DNA of 33,260 nucleotides from Silvanigrellaceae bacterium (lineage in GTDB: Bacteria; Bdellovibrionota_B; Oligoflexia; Silvanigrellales; Silvanigrellaceae). Shown here one piece after another: positions 1-9,485 of this stretch. The stretch is taken from assembly GCA_049423385.1 (NCBI GenBank), contig JBMSQQ010000033.1, positions 1 to 33,260 of the forward strand, given 5' to 3'. Every line of letters begins with the position of its first letter. Position 1 is the first letter of the stretch. Made by a program: the position numbers and the translations under genes. The notes below the pieces were generated by a model. The model was not told the DNA's origin. It saw only the letters and a program-made list of their open reading frames with translations, and searched no databases.

Positions 1-1
1 G

Positions 2-583
2 GTCGCAAACAGGGATGCGAAAAATCAAGATGGTACTGACGCGCTTCAGGTCCTGTCACCGGCTGCTTCGTACGTAATGGTGAAGACGATGCAGGACGTC
101 ATCCGTTTTGGTACTGGCACAAGGGCGCAAGGAATTCCTTTTGCCGCCGGTAAAACGGGAACGACCAACGGATACACTGATGCATGGTTTATTGGCGTCA
201 CTCCCCGGCTTGTCTGTGCGGTTTGGGTTGGCTTCGACGATGCCAGAAAAAGCCTTGGAAGCGATGGCACGGGTGGTCGCATGGCCGCTCCGCTCTGGAA
301 GCAAATCATGGAAGGAGCCATCAAACTCTACCCCTCCACCGAGTGGGTGCAGCCAGCCAATGTGGTCAGCGTTCGGGTTGGTTACGGTGGCGAGCGCATT
401 TCGGGTACGGGCGGAATTCTAATGCCGGCCGTGGCGGGTACGGAACCTGGGAACCCACGCGCACGCGATGCTCTCGGACTCGATCTTGGCTCTCCCATTT
501 CCGGCACTTCATCTGAATCCAGCGAGACGCAGCCCAAGGTTGAAAATCACGACGACAATACATCCCTGCGCAGAATGTTTTGA
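2..583 (+). CDS. Class A penicillin-binding protein (PBP1A family), C-terminal transpeptidase part; 5'-truncated by window edge
   Basis: Frame open from position 2; GKTGTTNGYTDAWFIGVTPRLVCAVWVGFD (KTG motif) and GGRMAAPLW are typical of class A PBPs. Confidence 0.9.
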   Translation, partial: VANRDAKNQDGTDALQVLSPAASYVMVKTMQDVIRFGTGTRAQGIPFAAGKTGTTNGYTDAWFIGVTPRLVCAVWVGFDDARKSLGSDGTGGRMAAPLWKQIMEGAIKLYPSTEWVQPANVVSVRVGYGGERISGTGGILMPAVAGTEPGNPRARDALGLDLGSPISGTSSESSETQPKVENHDDNTSLRRMF

Positions 584-586
584 GCC

Positions 587-613
587 AAAAAAAAACAAGG
601 CCTCAAGCCTTGT
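587..613 (-). terminator. Intrinsic terminator of the MCP gene
   Basis: Minus strand ACAAGGC-ttgag-GCCTTGT followed by a T run; the loop contains the MCP stop codon. Confidence 0.7.
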
Positions 614-2150
614 CTCCTTTGCCTCCCTGAATCACCGCCGAGAGTTCCTCGACCAGGATTTTCACTTGTTCAGCCTGTGCGCGAAGTCTTTCTGACGTCT
701 GCGCAGAGGAGTCCGCCGACATCGCGTTGTTCTGGGTCGATTGGTCCAGCTGATTGAGTGCGCTGCTGATTTCAGAGATGCCCTGAACTTGCTCCTCACT
801 TGCCGAAGAAATGGTGCTTGTCATCTCGTTGACCTTGGTGATCGCATCAATAATCGAATTGAACACACGCCCCGCGCTGTCTGCCAGACGAGCGCCCTGT
901 TCGGCTGTTTCAGTGCTTTCGGAAATCAATTTTGTGATATCCGTGGCTGCTGCCGAAGTTCTTTGTGCAAGGTTCCGGACAGCATCTGCCACCACTGCAA
1001 AGCCCTTGCCTTGTTCACCCGCCCTCGCCGCTTCGACCGCGGCATTCAAGGCCAAAAGATTTGTTTGGAAGGCGATGTCGTTGATCAAGCTTGTGATCTC
1101 ACCAACCCGCTTGGAGCCCTTGTGAATTTCACCCATCGCCGAGATCAATTCCTGCATCTCCTTTTGTCCCTGTCGAGCGGTCGTTTCTGCGACTTGAGCA
1201 ACCTCGGCACCTTGTCGGGCACTTTCGGAATTCTGGGTCACAATTCTTGAAAGAGCCTCAATCGCAGCGACTGTTTCTTCAAGCGAAGCCGCAGCCTCAT
1301 TCGCAGCCGAGGCAACATTCGAACTCACTTCATTCATTTGTTTGCTGGCTTCAGAAATCTCCTCGCCGGATGAACCCAGGGATTTTGAAACCTCCCAGAG
1401 CTTGCTCATCGGGCCACGGACCAGGAACAGGCCAATGACCAGCGCGATGGAAGTGAAAAGAGCCCCACCCATGGCAATATTTCGTGTCGTCGACGTGGTT
1501 ATTTCATCCACTGGCTTCATGTTCAAGGTCACGGTGTAGGCACCGCGGATTGAACCATTTTTCAAATCTTCCATCGGATAACCAAGAATGTCCTTGCCGT
1601 TCTTGTATGGGCTTGTCGACGGATGTCCATGACAGAGCAGACAACCATCCTTTTCCTGAATGCGGACCGGACGGGTCATGCTGAAGAATTTCCCATCATC
1701 CGACTTTTGCACAATCTCCTTCAAGAAAGGATCCTGTTCAAAGTTTTTGAGAAGTTCCATTTCCTCATCATTGGCGCGATGTTCTTCGCGTCGCGGTGCA
1801 TCAGAGAAAATTCTGAACTTGTAGCCATCGGTCTTTTCACCTGAATAGCCCATCGTGAAAAGCACATAAATCGGCACTGCCTTGAGCAACTTCTCCTTGT
1901 GCTCTTTTGGGAAGACTCCGTCGGGATATTTGTTTTTCGTTTGCTCGATCATTTCACCGAGAATTCCCATCTCTCCCACATAAGACTCGGCTTCCTCGAT
2001 CCTCGAGAGAATGGCAGCGGATTTTTCAAGCAATGCCCGTTCGGCATTTTCACGAACCAAATATCGAGCCACAATAATAGCGGAAACCGTGCACACAACG
2101 CAGGAAGCGAAGATGACACCCAGCACCTTGGCGCGAAAATTCACTTTCAT
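603..2150 (-). CDS. Methyl-accepting chemotaxis protein with periplasmic c-type heme (DUF3365/Tll0287-like) sensor domain
   Basis: Two TM helices flank a domain with CLLCH (1629-1643); signalling tip [39 protein letters not shown]. Confidence 0.93.
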   Translation of the reverse strand: MKVNFRAKVLGVIFASCVVCTVSAIIVARYLVRENAERALLEKSAAILSRIEEAESYVGEMGILGEMIEQTKNKYPDGVFPKEHKEKLLKAVPIYVLFTMGYSGEKTDGYKFRIFSDAPRREEHRANDEEMELLKNFEQDPFLKEIVQKSDDGKFFSMTRPVRIQEKDGCLLCHGHPSTSPYKNGKDILGYPMEDLKNGSIRGAYTVTLNMKPVDEITTSTTRNIAMGGALFTSIALVIGLFLVRGPMSKLWEVSKSLGSSGEEISEASKQMNEVSSNVASAANEAAASLEETVAAIEALSRIVTQNSESARQGAEVAQVAETTARQGQKEMQELISAMGEIHKGSKRVGEITSLINDIAFQTNLLALNAAVEAARAGEQGKGFAVVADAVRNLAQRTSAAATDITKLISESTETAEQGARLADSAGRVFNSIIDAITKVNEMTSTISSASEEQVQGISEISSALNQLDQSTQNNAMSADSSAQTSERLRAQAEQVKILVEELSAVIQGGKGDKA

Positions 2151-2324
2151 TTCTCAACCTCAGACAAATAGCAGAAAAAATCCACGGATTCTGACAATAT
2201 AAGTGTAACAATCCGGGGTTGAGTTCCAAAGAAGCAAGTTTTGGCGACCGCCAAAAAAACCTGCAGTTTTGTTTCCGACGCGGAACACATGGAACCTGTG
2301 GAATACTGATTCACGAGGGCCAAA

Positions 2325-4634
2325 ATGACCGACATGCAATTTCAGACAGAAAACCCGTTGAGTGAGATTTTCATGGCGTCGGAAAATCATGGTTTTCTGA
2401 TGCTTGCAGCTTCCGGCATTCCAAACAGAAAGTGGCAGGGACTCACGGTGGGAGATCTCAACCTCTTTGCTGATTTGCCTTGGACGCTGGCACACAGCGA
2501 TGATGCAAGATTTTCTCACTCAAACAACGGGCGGGCATGGCTGCAGGCAAGCCGAACGGCCAACACCATCAACCGCGACTGGCAACTCAGCTGCGGCTGC
2601 AAGGTGGAAGAACGTTGGTCCTGGGCCAACACCAACTCGCGCCTGACCGTGACAATCAAACTCAAGGACCAGGCTTGTTGCTCTGCCAATGTTAAGCGAA
2701 GTGAAATCAGGCTCACGCCCCTCTGGACTCTTTGTCCCGCTGGACATTCCAGCGCGGGTGGCGGTCATGCACAACTTTTACACGACCCTCGCAATCCCAA
2801 CAGATTGATTGTCGGGTCGACACTTTCGAGCCATGACGTAGAGATCGAAGCGACCTCGGGAACCGGGGCCAGACCACTTCAATGGGAAGCCGTTGCCTCG
2901 CCTGGACGGATGGATTTGCTCACAGGTGCAGACGCGACCCGAGGCGAAAACCACACCCGCGCTGTTTTGACGACACATGCCGTTCGCGCAGACGTTGAAT
3001 TGAACCGCGATTTCAGGTTGTCGATCGATTTTGTCCCGAAGCTGAAATCGAAGGAAAATGTGGACCGGGAGATTGGCATCAACCCCCACACTGCACCTTT
3101 TGCTGAATTGAAAGCTCAATTCAAAGACGGACAATGGCAACCGGCATTTGCGAATTGCCAGCACAGTTTGAATCAACTCATCCGAAGAAGAGCGGATGGA
3201 ACCTTGGGGCTTCAAGCCGGCTTGCCGTGGTTCACCCAGTTTTGGACTCGCGATCTGTGTCACAGTTTCCGGGCAGCTTTTCTCTGGTCGGGTCGTTTTC
3301 AGGATGGAGATGAACTTCTGACTGCCCTCTGGAGATCATCCGATCAAGACATCCCGAACTATACAACGGCAACAAGCACAACCAACAACAGTGCAGATGC
3401 TCTTCCACTTCTGCTTCTGACAACCGCCGATCTGATCGACGCGATTGGAATATCTTCAGGCCTGATGGATCAATTTCCAAAGATCATCGATCGCCTCAAT
3501 AGCGCTGGAAAAACATTTTTGGCAGGGGGTTTGATTTCCCACGGCCCGGCCGACACATGGATGGATGCACAAAAAGTTTCTCCAGACGGAAAAAGGATTG
3601 CCTGCAGTCCACGTGGAGATCGGGCGTTTGAAATTCAGGCGTTCTGGCTTGCCAGCCTGACTCGCTGGTTGGAAATTTTGAAACAATCGGTCGCGAGCTA
3701 CTCATCCGAACATCTCACTGCGGCTCTCGAAGCCGGTTTTGCAACCTTGCGAAACAAATATTTCTGCAATGAAAAGCGTCTATGGGCGGACCATCTCCGT
3801 CCCGATGGATTTCAGGATCTCGCTCTGCGTCCAAACCTGATGTTGGGTCTGCACGCCCTCCAGCGTGCCAAGGTTTTGCATAAAATCATGAACGAAATGG
3901 AACTGAAGAAGCTTCTGGACGACATGATTTCCGCCGATCTTGTCGTTCCCTATGGGGTGCGAACACTCAGTCCCGACACACATGTCAAGCACCCCTTGCC
4001 GGTGAACGAAATATTTGGCGAAGAAAGTGCCTACATTCACGAAAACAAGATTCATTTTCATCCGTACCATGAGTTTGGCACGCGCCAGGGACTCGAACAT
4101 CCGGACTGGGCGTATCACAACGGCACCATCTGGCCTTGGCTGAGCCAGTGTGCGATTCACCTTTTGAGACGGACGAATAATCACCTTGAATTGTCTGAAC
4201 AACTCACAGAAACACTGGTGTGGCACTCTGTGCATGGAACGCAGGGTGGAGCAATTGCAGAACTTCTCGATGGACTCAGCAGCCATTCGCGCTGGAGCTG
4301 GCCAAAAGGAGCACCACACCAGGCTTGGAGCGAAGCCGCGCTGATACAGGCAATTCTTGAAGACTGGCTTGGATTGCAGCCAACCGGTTTTGGGTATTCC
4401 TTGAGAGTCGACACCTGTCGATGGAATCACATCGGCGATTTTTGTGTGACATTTGAAATGAAAATCGGTCGATTTCAACTCAACAAATCAAAGAAAAATG
4501 TCACATTCAACATATCAGCAAATTCGACAGAATCTCGGCAACTGTCCATCGAACTTTTCAATTCCGCGCGCCCGGACTTCGTGAAGACAATCAGCTTGGG
4601 TCACGGTGACAGCATCAACCTTGCCCTCACATAA
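2325..4634 (+). CDS. Amylo-alpha-1,6-glucosidase / glycogen debranching enzyme family protein
   Basis: AGLPWFTQFWTRD, TWMDA, PRGDRAFEIQAFW, YHNGTIWPWL and HQAWSEA motifs of the GDE_C (alpha/alpha)6 family; SD GAGG upstream. Confidence 0.85.
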   Translation: MTDMQFQTENPLSEIFMASENHGFLMLAASGIPNRKWQGLTVGDLNLFADLPWTLAHSDDARFSHSNNGRAWLQASRTANTINRDWQLSCGCKVEERWSWANTNSRLTVTIKLKDQACCSANVKRSEIRLTPLWTLCPAGHSSAGGGHAQLLHDPRNPNRLIVGSTLSSHDVEIEATSGTGARPLQWEAVASPGRMDLLTGADATRGENHTRAVLTTHAVRADVELNRDFRLSIDFVPKLKSKENVDREIGINPHTAPFAELKAQFKDGQWQPAFANCQHSLNQLIRRRADGTLGLQAGLPWFTQFWTRDLCHSFRAAFLWSGRFQDGDELLTALWRSSDQDIPNYTTATSTTNNSADALPLLLLTTADLIDAIGISSGLMDQFPKIIDRLNSAGKTFLAGGLISHGPADTWMDAQKVSPDGKRIACSPRGDRAFEIQAFWLASLTRWLEILKQSVASYSSEHLTAALEAGFATLRNKYFCNEKRLWADHLRPDGFQDLALRPNLMLGLHALQRAKVLHKIMNEMELKKLLDDMISADLVVPYGVRTLSPDTHVKHPLPVNEIFGEESAYIHENKIHFHPYHEFGTRQGLEHPDWAYHNGTIWPWLSQCAIHLLRRTNNHLELSEQLTETLVWHSVHGTQGGAIAELLDGLSSHSRWSWPKGAPHQAWSEAALIQAILEDWLGLQPTGFGYSLRVDTCRWNHIGDFCVTFEMKIGRFQLNKSKKNVTFNISANSTESRQLSIELFNSARPDFVKTISLGHGDSINLALT

Positions 4635-4717
4635 GAATTCGAAGCAAGACAAATGAAGCAACAATTCGCTAAAATTCGGTTGGCGTTTCCTCAATTTTAG
4701 AAAAATGGAGGCGGGTC

Positions 4718-5176
4718 ATGAAACATGATGTGGACATGAACCAACGACGAAACCAAAGCAAATTGAGAAACATGCTCAAGAGGATCAATCCGAAAAACGA
4801 GAAAATAGCAGACCAGGTTGAGATTTTCTGGAACCATTTATACAACGACACAAGGTCAATCTTTAAGCCTGACGAAGCAAAGCACGTTCATCCGAGAGTC
4901 GATGTTCTGGAAAGTAAAAATCTCTACAACATCAGAATCGATCTTCCCGGAGCAGATGCAAACTCCATCGACCTCAAAAGCGAGGGGAGAACACTGCTCG
5001 TCAAGGCAAAACGGACCTGCGTTGATGCAGCAGATTTTACAATGTCCCACTGCGAACACCCGGCAGACCTTTACGAGCGCGGAATACATCTCGCGGAGGA
5101 CGCGGTGGTTGAAGAAAAATCGGCGACATATTCAGACGGAATACTGTCGGTGAGGATCCCCCGCAAGGCGGCCTGA
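4718..5176 (+). CDS. Hsp20/alpha-crystallin small heat shock protein
   Basis: PRVDVLE..IDLPG and ATYSDGILSVRIPR; SD GGAGG. Confidence 0.88.
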   Translation: MKHDVDMNQRRNQSKLRNMLKRINPKNEKIADQVEIFWNHLYNDTRSIFKPDEAKHVHPRVDVLESKNLYNIRIDLPGADANSIDLKSEGRTLLVKAKRTCVDAADFTMSHCEHPADLYERGIHLAEDAVVEEKSATYSDGILSVRIPRKAA

Positions 5177-5192
5177 ATCTGCCGGGGGCCCT

Positions 5193-6425
5193 TTACAAAT
5201 CCAAATACCAATACCAGCCTGCCCTGCCCGACTGCCAGGAACACCCAAAGGAGTCGAAATTGGCGAGTTCGGAAACACGCACCTTGTCGAAATAAACGTA
5301 CGATCCTGATTTTTGACCCCACGAAAATGGAAATCCTGAGCCGTCTCCCTTGATGTGAACGCAATAATAATTGGGCTCGGTGTTCTTGAAAAAGACCAGA
5401 AACGACCTCGTGTATTTTCCAGCATTGCGATCCTTTATTTCGCCGAATGACTGATTGATTCGACCATTTTGAATGTCGGAAAGAAGCTCATAAGCGTTGC
5501 CAATGACCGTCGTGTAGGGCGCAGGAACCGGTTGCGGTGTCACATCGCCCGGGCCTGACTGGCCACTTCCCTGCAGAAGCATGTCTGTTGTCAGTTGACC
5601 GTTGCTGTTGGCAACCATCCAGTCTGAATATTTGCGCACATCCGTGAACACAGACAGTCCGTCCTCACAGCGCGAATATCCCCAGGACGTGACGCCAGAA
5701 ACAACAAGTTCGCTTCCCGTTGATGTTGAGTACGCAGGGCCTCCCGAACCACTGCAGACTGCCTGTGAGGAATCACTTGTGATTTTAATCTGCCTTGACG
5801 ACATCAGCACCGCATTCAAAGGCAACGTCACCTTCCGCATCGTGCCCGCACCACCACCTGATCGATCCGGACCCGTCCCGCTGGTGTAACTCAACCCAAA
5901 TCCTGCCAACAGCATCGGTTCGCCCTGGGTGAGATCAAAGTTTGAATGGGGGACACGGGCAAACACTGAGCCTGTCGGTGCATCTTCGGCAAGCTCAATC
6001 AGGGCGATGTCATACAAAGGAGCCGACTCGCCCAGCGGTCGATTGGGGTCATATTGAGGATGGGCCGTGAATCCGCGCACAGCTCGTTTGGTCAATGTAC
6101 TTGTATTGAGTCCAAATCCGATCGAGAGGTTGGAGTTTTCAAGACCCGGATCGACAAAGCAATGCGCTGCGGAGACCACCAGTCGGGCTGCGACAAGCGT
6201 TCCGCTGCAACGCATTTTTCCAGCACCATTGATCAGAACCACTGTAGACGAGGCAACCGGATCACCTGTCGCCACTTCCTGACCGCCGACGATGAATTTT
6301 CTTTGTCCATATGAAACACGATCATCGGTTCCGGAATTGCTTTTGGGACTGCATGCCGCGTTGGCTAAAAAAATTGCCAGCATTGCTGTCCAACAACCCA
6401 GGATGAAACTCGTCTTCCTTGCCAT
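5193..6425 (-). CDS. Secreted S1 (chymotrypsin-fold) protease-like lipoprotein with C-terminal domain of unknown function; catalytic motif lacks Asp194
   Basis: Lipobox-like LANAAC, IVGG, CSGTL, AAHC, YDIAL, CSGSGGP; start placed at MARK (ORF extends to 6461). Confidence 0.85.
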   Translation of the reverse strand: MARKTSFILGCWTAMLAIFLANAACSPKSNSGTDDRVSYGQRKFIVGGQEVATGDPVASSTVVLINGAGKMRCSGTLVAARLVVSAAHCFVDPGLENSNLSIGFGLNTSTLTKRAVRGFTAHPQYDPNRPLGESAPLYDIALIELAEDAPTGSVFARVPHSNFDLTQGEPMLLAGFGLSYTSGTGPDRSGGGAGTMRKVTLPLNAVLMSSRQIKITSDSSQAVCSGSGGPAYSTSTGSELVVSGVTSWGYSRCEDGLSVFTDVRKYSDWMVANSNGQLTTDMLLQGSGQSGPGDVTPQPVPAPYTTVIGNAYELLSDIQNGRINQSFGEIKDRNAGKYTRSFLVFFKNTEPNYYCVHIKGDGSGFPFSWGQKSGSYVYFDKVRVSELANFDSFGCSWQSGRAGWYWYLDL

Positions 6426-6670
6426 GTCATGACACTTGAACATTTCTTCATCCAATCCCAAAATTTCTTTCGCTGAAATTCACATTCCAAAAAGATTATT
6501 CCGAAAGAATTTATGCAAAGTTGGGAAAATTTTGCAGCCTTTGATCAGTTGTACACGATGTTTCCAAAAAATCAGAGATTCTGATTTGGAGCCGGTGACG
6601 CCAGCACGTATCTAAACATTGTCTCAAAGGCTTCGGCCTGGAACCTCCCACTTCAGACGCGAGGATCACC

Positions 6671-7432
6671 ATGAACGGATTCAAGCAATCCCTGACCAGT
6701 TTTTTGTGTCTGACCGCTGTCTTCAATGCTTTCGAGAGTCAAGCAGCAACCGCATCCTCTGTCACCAGAGAACCAGCTCCGGTCGAAAAGATCTTTGTTC
6801 CCCAGGGATTCGATGACAATGACAACTCTGAAGTCGTGGTGCAGGGAAGATTCCCGAACGCCTGCATGAAGACTGGCCCGGTGGAAAAGAAAATTGACCT
6901 CCAGAACAAGGTCATCACCCTGAAGGTCGAGTCGTATGTGTACCGCGGGGATCCCTGCGCACAAGTCATAGTGCCTTTTATCCAGAAGGTGACGTTTGGA
7001 ACTCTTCCTGCGGGCAGTTGGAAGATTGAAGTTGAAGGAATGCCATCTTTATCTGCTCTTCCGCTCATCGTCGATCACGCAGTGAGCGCAAATCCGGATG
7101 ACTTTCTCTATGCCCCTGTTGAAGAAGTCGTTCTGCTTCCGGGATCACTCGGTGCACGACAGAAGCTCGTTGTCAGCGGCAACTGGCCCCAAACGATGGG
7201 CCGTGGTTGTTTTTTGCTCAAAGAGGTCCGCACAAAATTGGGAGCCGACAATACCTTGGTTGTTCAGCCGATTGCTGAATTGCTGCCGTCCACACGTTGT
7301 TCCCAATCGACCCAGCGCAAAAGGGTTTTCCAGGGCTCCGTAATTTTGCCAAGACCCTTGCAGAGCGACTCACTGGTTCACGTCAGAACCCTCAATGGTG
7401 AATCCCTGAACAAATTCTTCGAGGAAAATTGA
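6671..7432 (+). CDS. Secreted hypothetical protein with two related beta-rich domains
   Basis: Signal peptide; APVEKIFVP..VVVQGRFPNAC and APVEEVVL..LVVSGNWP..GC repeats; SD GAGG. Confidence 0.8.
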   Translation: MNGFKQSLTSFLCLTAVFNAFESQAATASSVTREPAPVEKIFVPQGFDDNDNSEVVVQGRFPNACMKTGPVEKKIDLQNKVITLKVESYVYRGDPCAQVIVPFIQKVTFGTLPAGSWKIEVEGMPSLSALPLIVDHAVSANPDDFLYAPVEEVVLLPGSLGARQKLVVSGNWPQTMGRGCFLLKEVRTKLGADNTLVVQPIAELLPSTRCSQSTQRKRVFQGSVILPRPLQSDSLVHVRTLNGESLNKFFEEN

Positions 7433-7465
7433 AATCTTCAATGAAACACAACACAGGAGCAGAAC

Positions 7466-8392
7466 ATGTCGATTGCAAAATTCTTGCGCGCGCCTGCAAA
7501 TGTTCTCTTGATGCTGTGCTCGACAACTTTTCTCGTGAATTGCGGGGAGTCAGGACAAAACAAAAACAAGTTCGATTCAAAGGCAAATATTGTCGGAGGA
7601 AAGGTTGTCGACAACAGCGTTTCTGATGCCCGCAGACTCTCCACGGTTGCATTGACCACAGATCATTCCAGTTCGACACGCCGGAGTGGAAAACCTCTGC
7701 TGGATTCGGGTCGGTCATTTTGCACAGGCACGATTGTCGCTCCTCGTGTTCTGATGACTGCCGCTCACTGCATTCAGGAATTCAATCCACAGACAAATGT
7801 CAAAACTTCCGACTTTATTCTTCCTGGCGTGGGAGATTTCATTTCGTACTTTGGAACTCGCGTGTCGATGGATGGGAAATGGTTGAGGGCCGCTTCGGTC
7901 ATCCCTCATCCTGATTGGGATCCGTCGTTGACTCTTCAAGGCGACGCCGATCGACCTCCCAACGACATTGGCTTGGTGATACTGGAATCCGATATTCCGG
8001 GCGAATACAAACCCGTCGGAATTGCAGATCCGGAGATGACGCTGAAAGAGAATCAGACCGTCACGCTCGTGGGATTTGGAGTCACACGGACCCGAAGAAA
8101 CAACAATACAGGTGTTCTGCGCGAGGTCAGTCTCCCGCTGAAATCCATCAACAAGCGAAGCCAGATTCTGGGAGTTGGAAATTTCATGAAGGGTGCCTGT
8201 GCTGGCGATTCGGGCGGCCCCATGTACACGCAGGATGAAAACGGCAACTGGCTTGTGATTGGAGTCACTTCCGCAGGTGTCGAAATTTTTCAAAATTGCA
8301 TTGGCGTGGACAACACCTACACAGATGCACGAAGCTACAAGGGATGGGTGAGCAAAACCCTTGGCGAGCGCGGCTTGAAATTGATGAATTGA
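7466..8392 (+). CDS. Secreted S1 serine protease, lipoprotein
   Basis: Lipobox LVNC; IVGG; intact triad in AAHC, NDIG and GDSGGP; SD AGGAG. Confidence 0.92.
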   Translation: MSIAKFLRAPANVLLMLCSTTFLVNCGESGQNKNKFDSKANIVGGKVVDNSVSDARRLSTVALTTDHSSSTRRSGKPLLDSGRSFCTGTIVAPRVLMTAAHCIQEFNPQTNVKTSDFILPGVGDFISYFGTRVSMDGKWLRAASVIPHPDWDPSLTLQGDADRPPNDIGLVILESDIPGEYKPVGIADPEMTLKENQTVTLVGFGVTRTRRNNNTGVLREVSLPLKSINKRSQILGVGNFMKGACAGDSGGPMYTQDENGNWLVIGVTSAGVEIFQNCIGVDNTYTDARSYKGWVSKTLGERGLKLMN

Positions 8393-8427
8393 ATCAGTTT
8401 TTTTGCAGCACTGGAAACACGAATTGT

Positions 8428-9483
8428 TCAAATGGAAGAACTGATTCCAGCAGCAACAAGGTCGTGGAGGCGAAGGAGTCCCACGGCCTTGCCATGCTCA
8501 TCCACAATCGGCAGGGAGTTCAGCGGCCGCGGACGATTTTCCATGACTTGAATTGCTTCAACGGCCAGCGTCCCAGCCTTCAAAGTGATGGGTTGTGCAT
8601 TCATGATTTCAGAAACGACTGCGTCAAACACGCCAGGACCGCGGGCTTCCATTGCCACTCGAAGATCACGCTCGCCAATAAAACCCTGAAGCGTGTCATT
8701 TTCATCAACAACCAACAACGCTCCCAACGCACATTCGGTCATACGCGAAACGCATTTTTTGAATCCTTCGGTCACCGAGATTCTGGGCAGGAATTTTCCG
8801 CCAACCATCAGATCATCGACCCGAACAAAAATTCTTTTGCCTATAGCCCCACCCGGATGATTGCGGGCATAGGAGTCGAGATCAAACAGGCGCTTTTCCA
8901 TGTACGCAGCAACCAACAATTGTCCCAGTTAAAGGGTTGTCACTGTGCTCGTTAGCGGAGCCTGATTGAGCGGACACGCCTCTCCTTGAACCGGAAGTTG
9001 CAAGACGAGGTCGCAAGCTTGCGCCAGCGGTGAGTCGAGACGCCCTGTGATGCCAACCAATCGGCAACCACGTTCACGAAGAAGTGGAACAACAGCCAAA
9101 AGTTCAGCACTACGACCATTGTTTGAAATCATCAGAACAGGGTCGTGACGCACAACCGAGCCAAGATCGCCATGCAATGCTTCCGTGGGATGCAAGAATC
9201 GGGCATGAATTCCAACACTTGCCAACATGGAAACTAAAACCTGCGCCACGCCGCCGGATTTTCCGACCGCGACAAAATGCACAGTTTGAGAAGCATTCCG
9301 GACACTTTCGCTGTCGGCCATTTCAGCCGAATTTGCAATCCGACAACTGCACACCAGGTCTACAGCAGAAAGAAATGCGTTCCGGAATGTATCCGATGCC
9401 TGCAATTGGCTGGACAGCATTTGAAGACTTTGGCTCATGTGATTGGCGCGCTTGGATGCGCTCAAGAGGAGATCGAGATCCAT
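8428..9483 (-). pseudogene. kdsD: KpsF/GutQ/KdsD-family arabinose-5-phosphate isomerase (SIS + 2 CBS), interrupted by in-frame TAA at 8929-8931
   Basis: GKSG, HPTEALHGDLG, EACPLNQAPLTST, then TTL*LGQLLVAAYMEKR, HPGGAIG and a CBS pair; both ORF pieces are in the same frame. Confidence 0.85.
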
Positions 9484-9485
9484 GC

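Noticed and set aside
7715..8431. 238-aa minus-strand ORF
   Set aside because: Antisense to the intact serine protease
8929..8931. Genome-wide TAA reassignment or Sec/Pyl recoding in kdsD
   Set aside because: TAA terminates other genes normally here; Sec and Pyl use TGA and TAG
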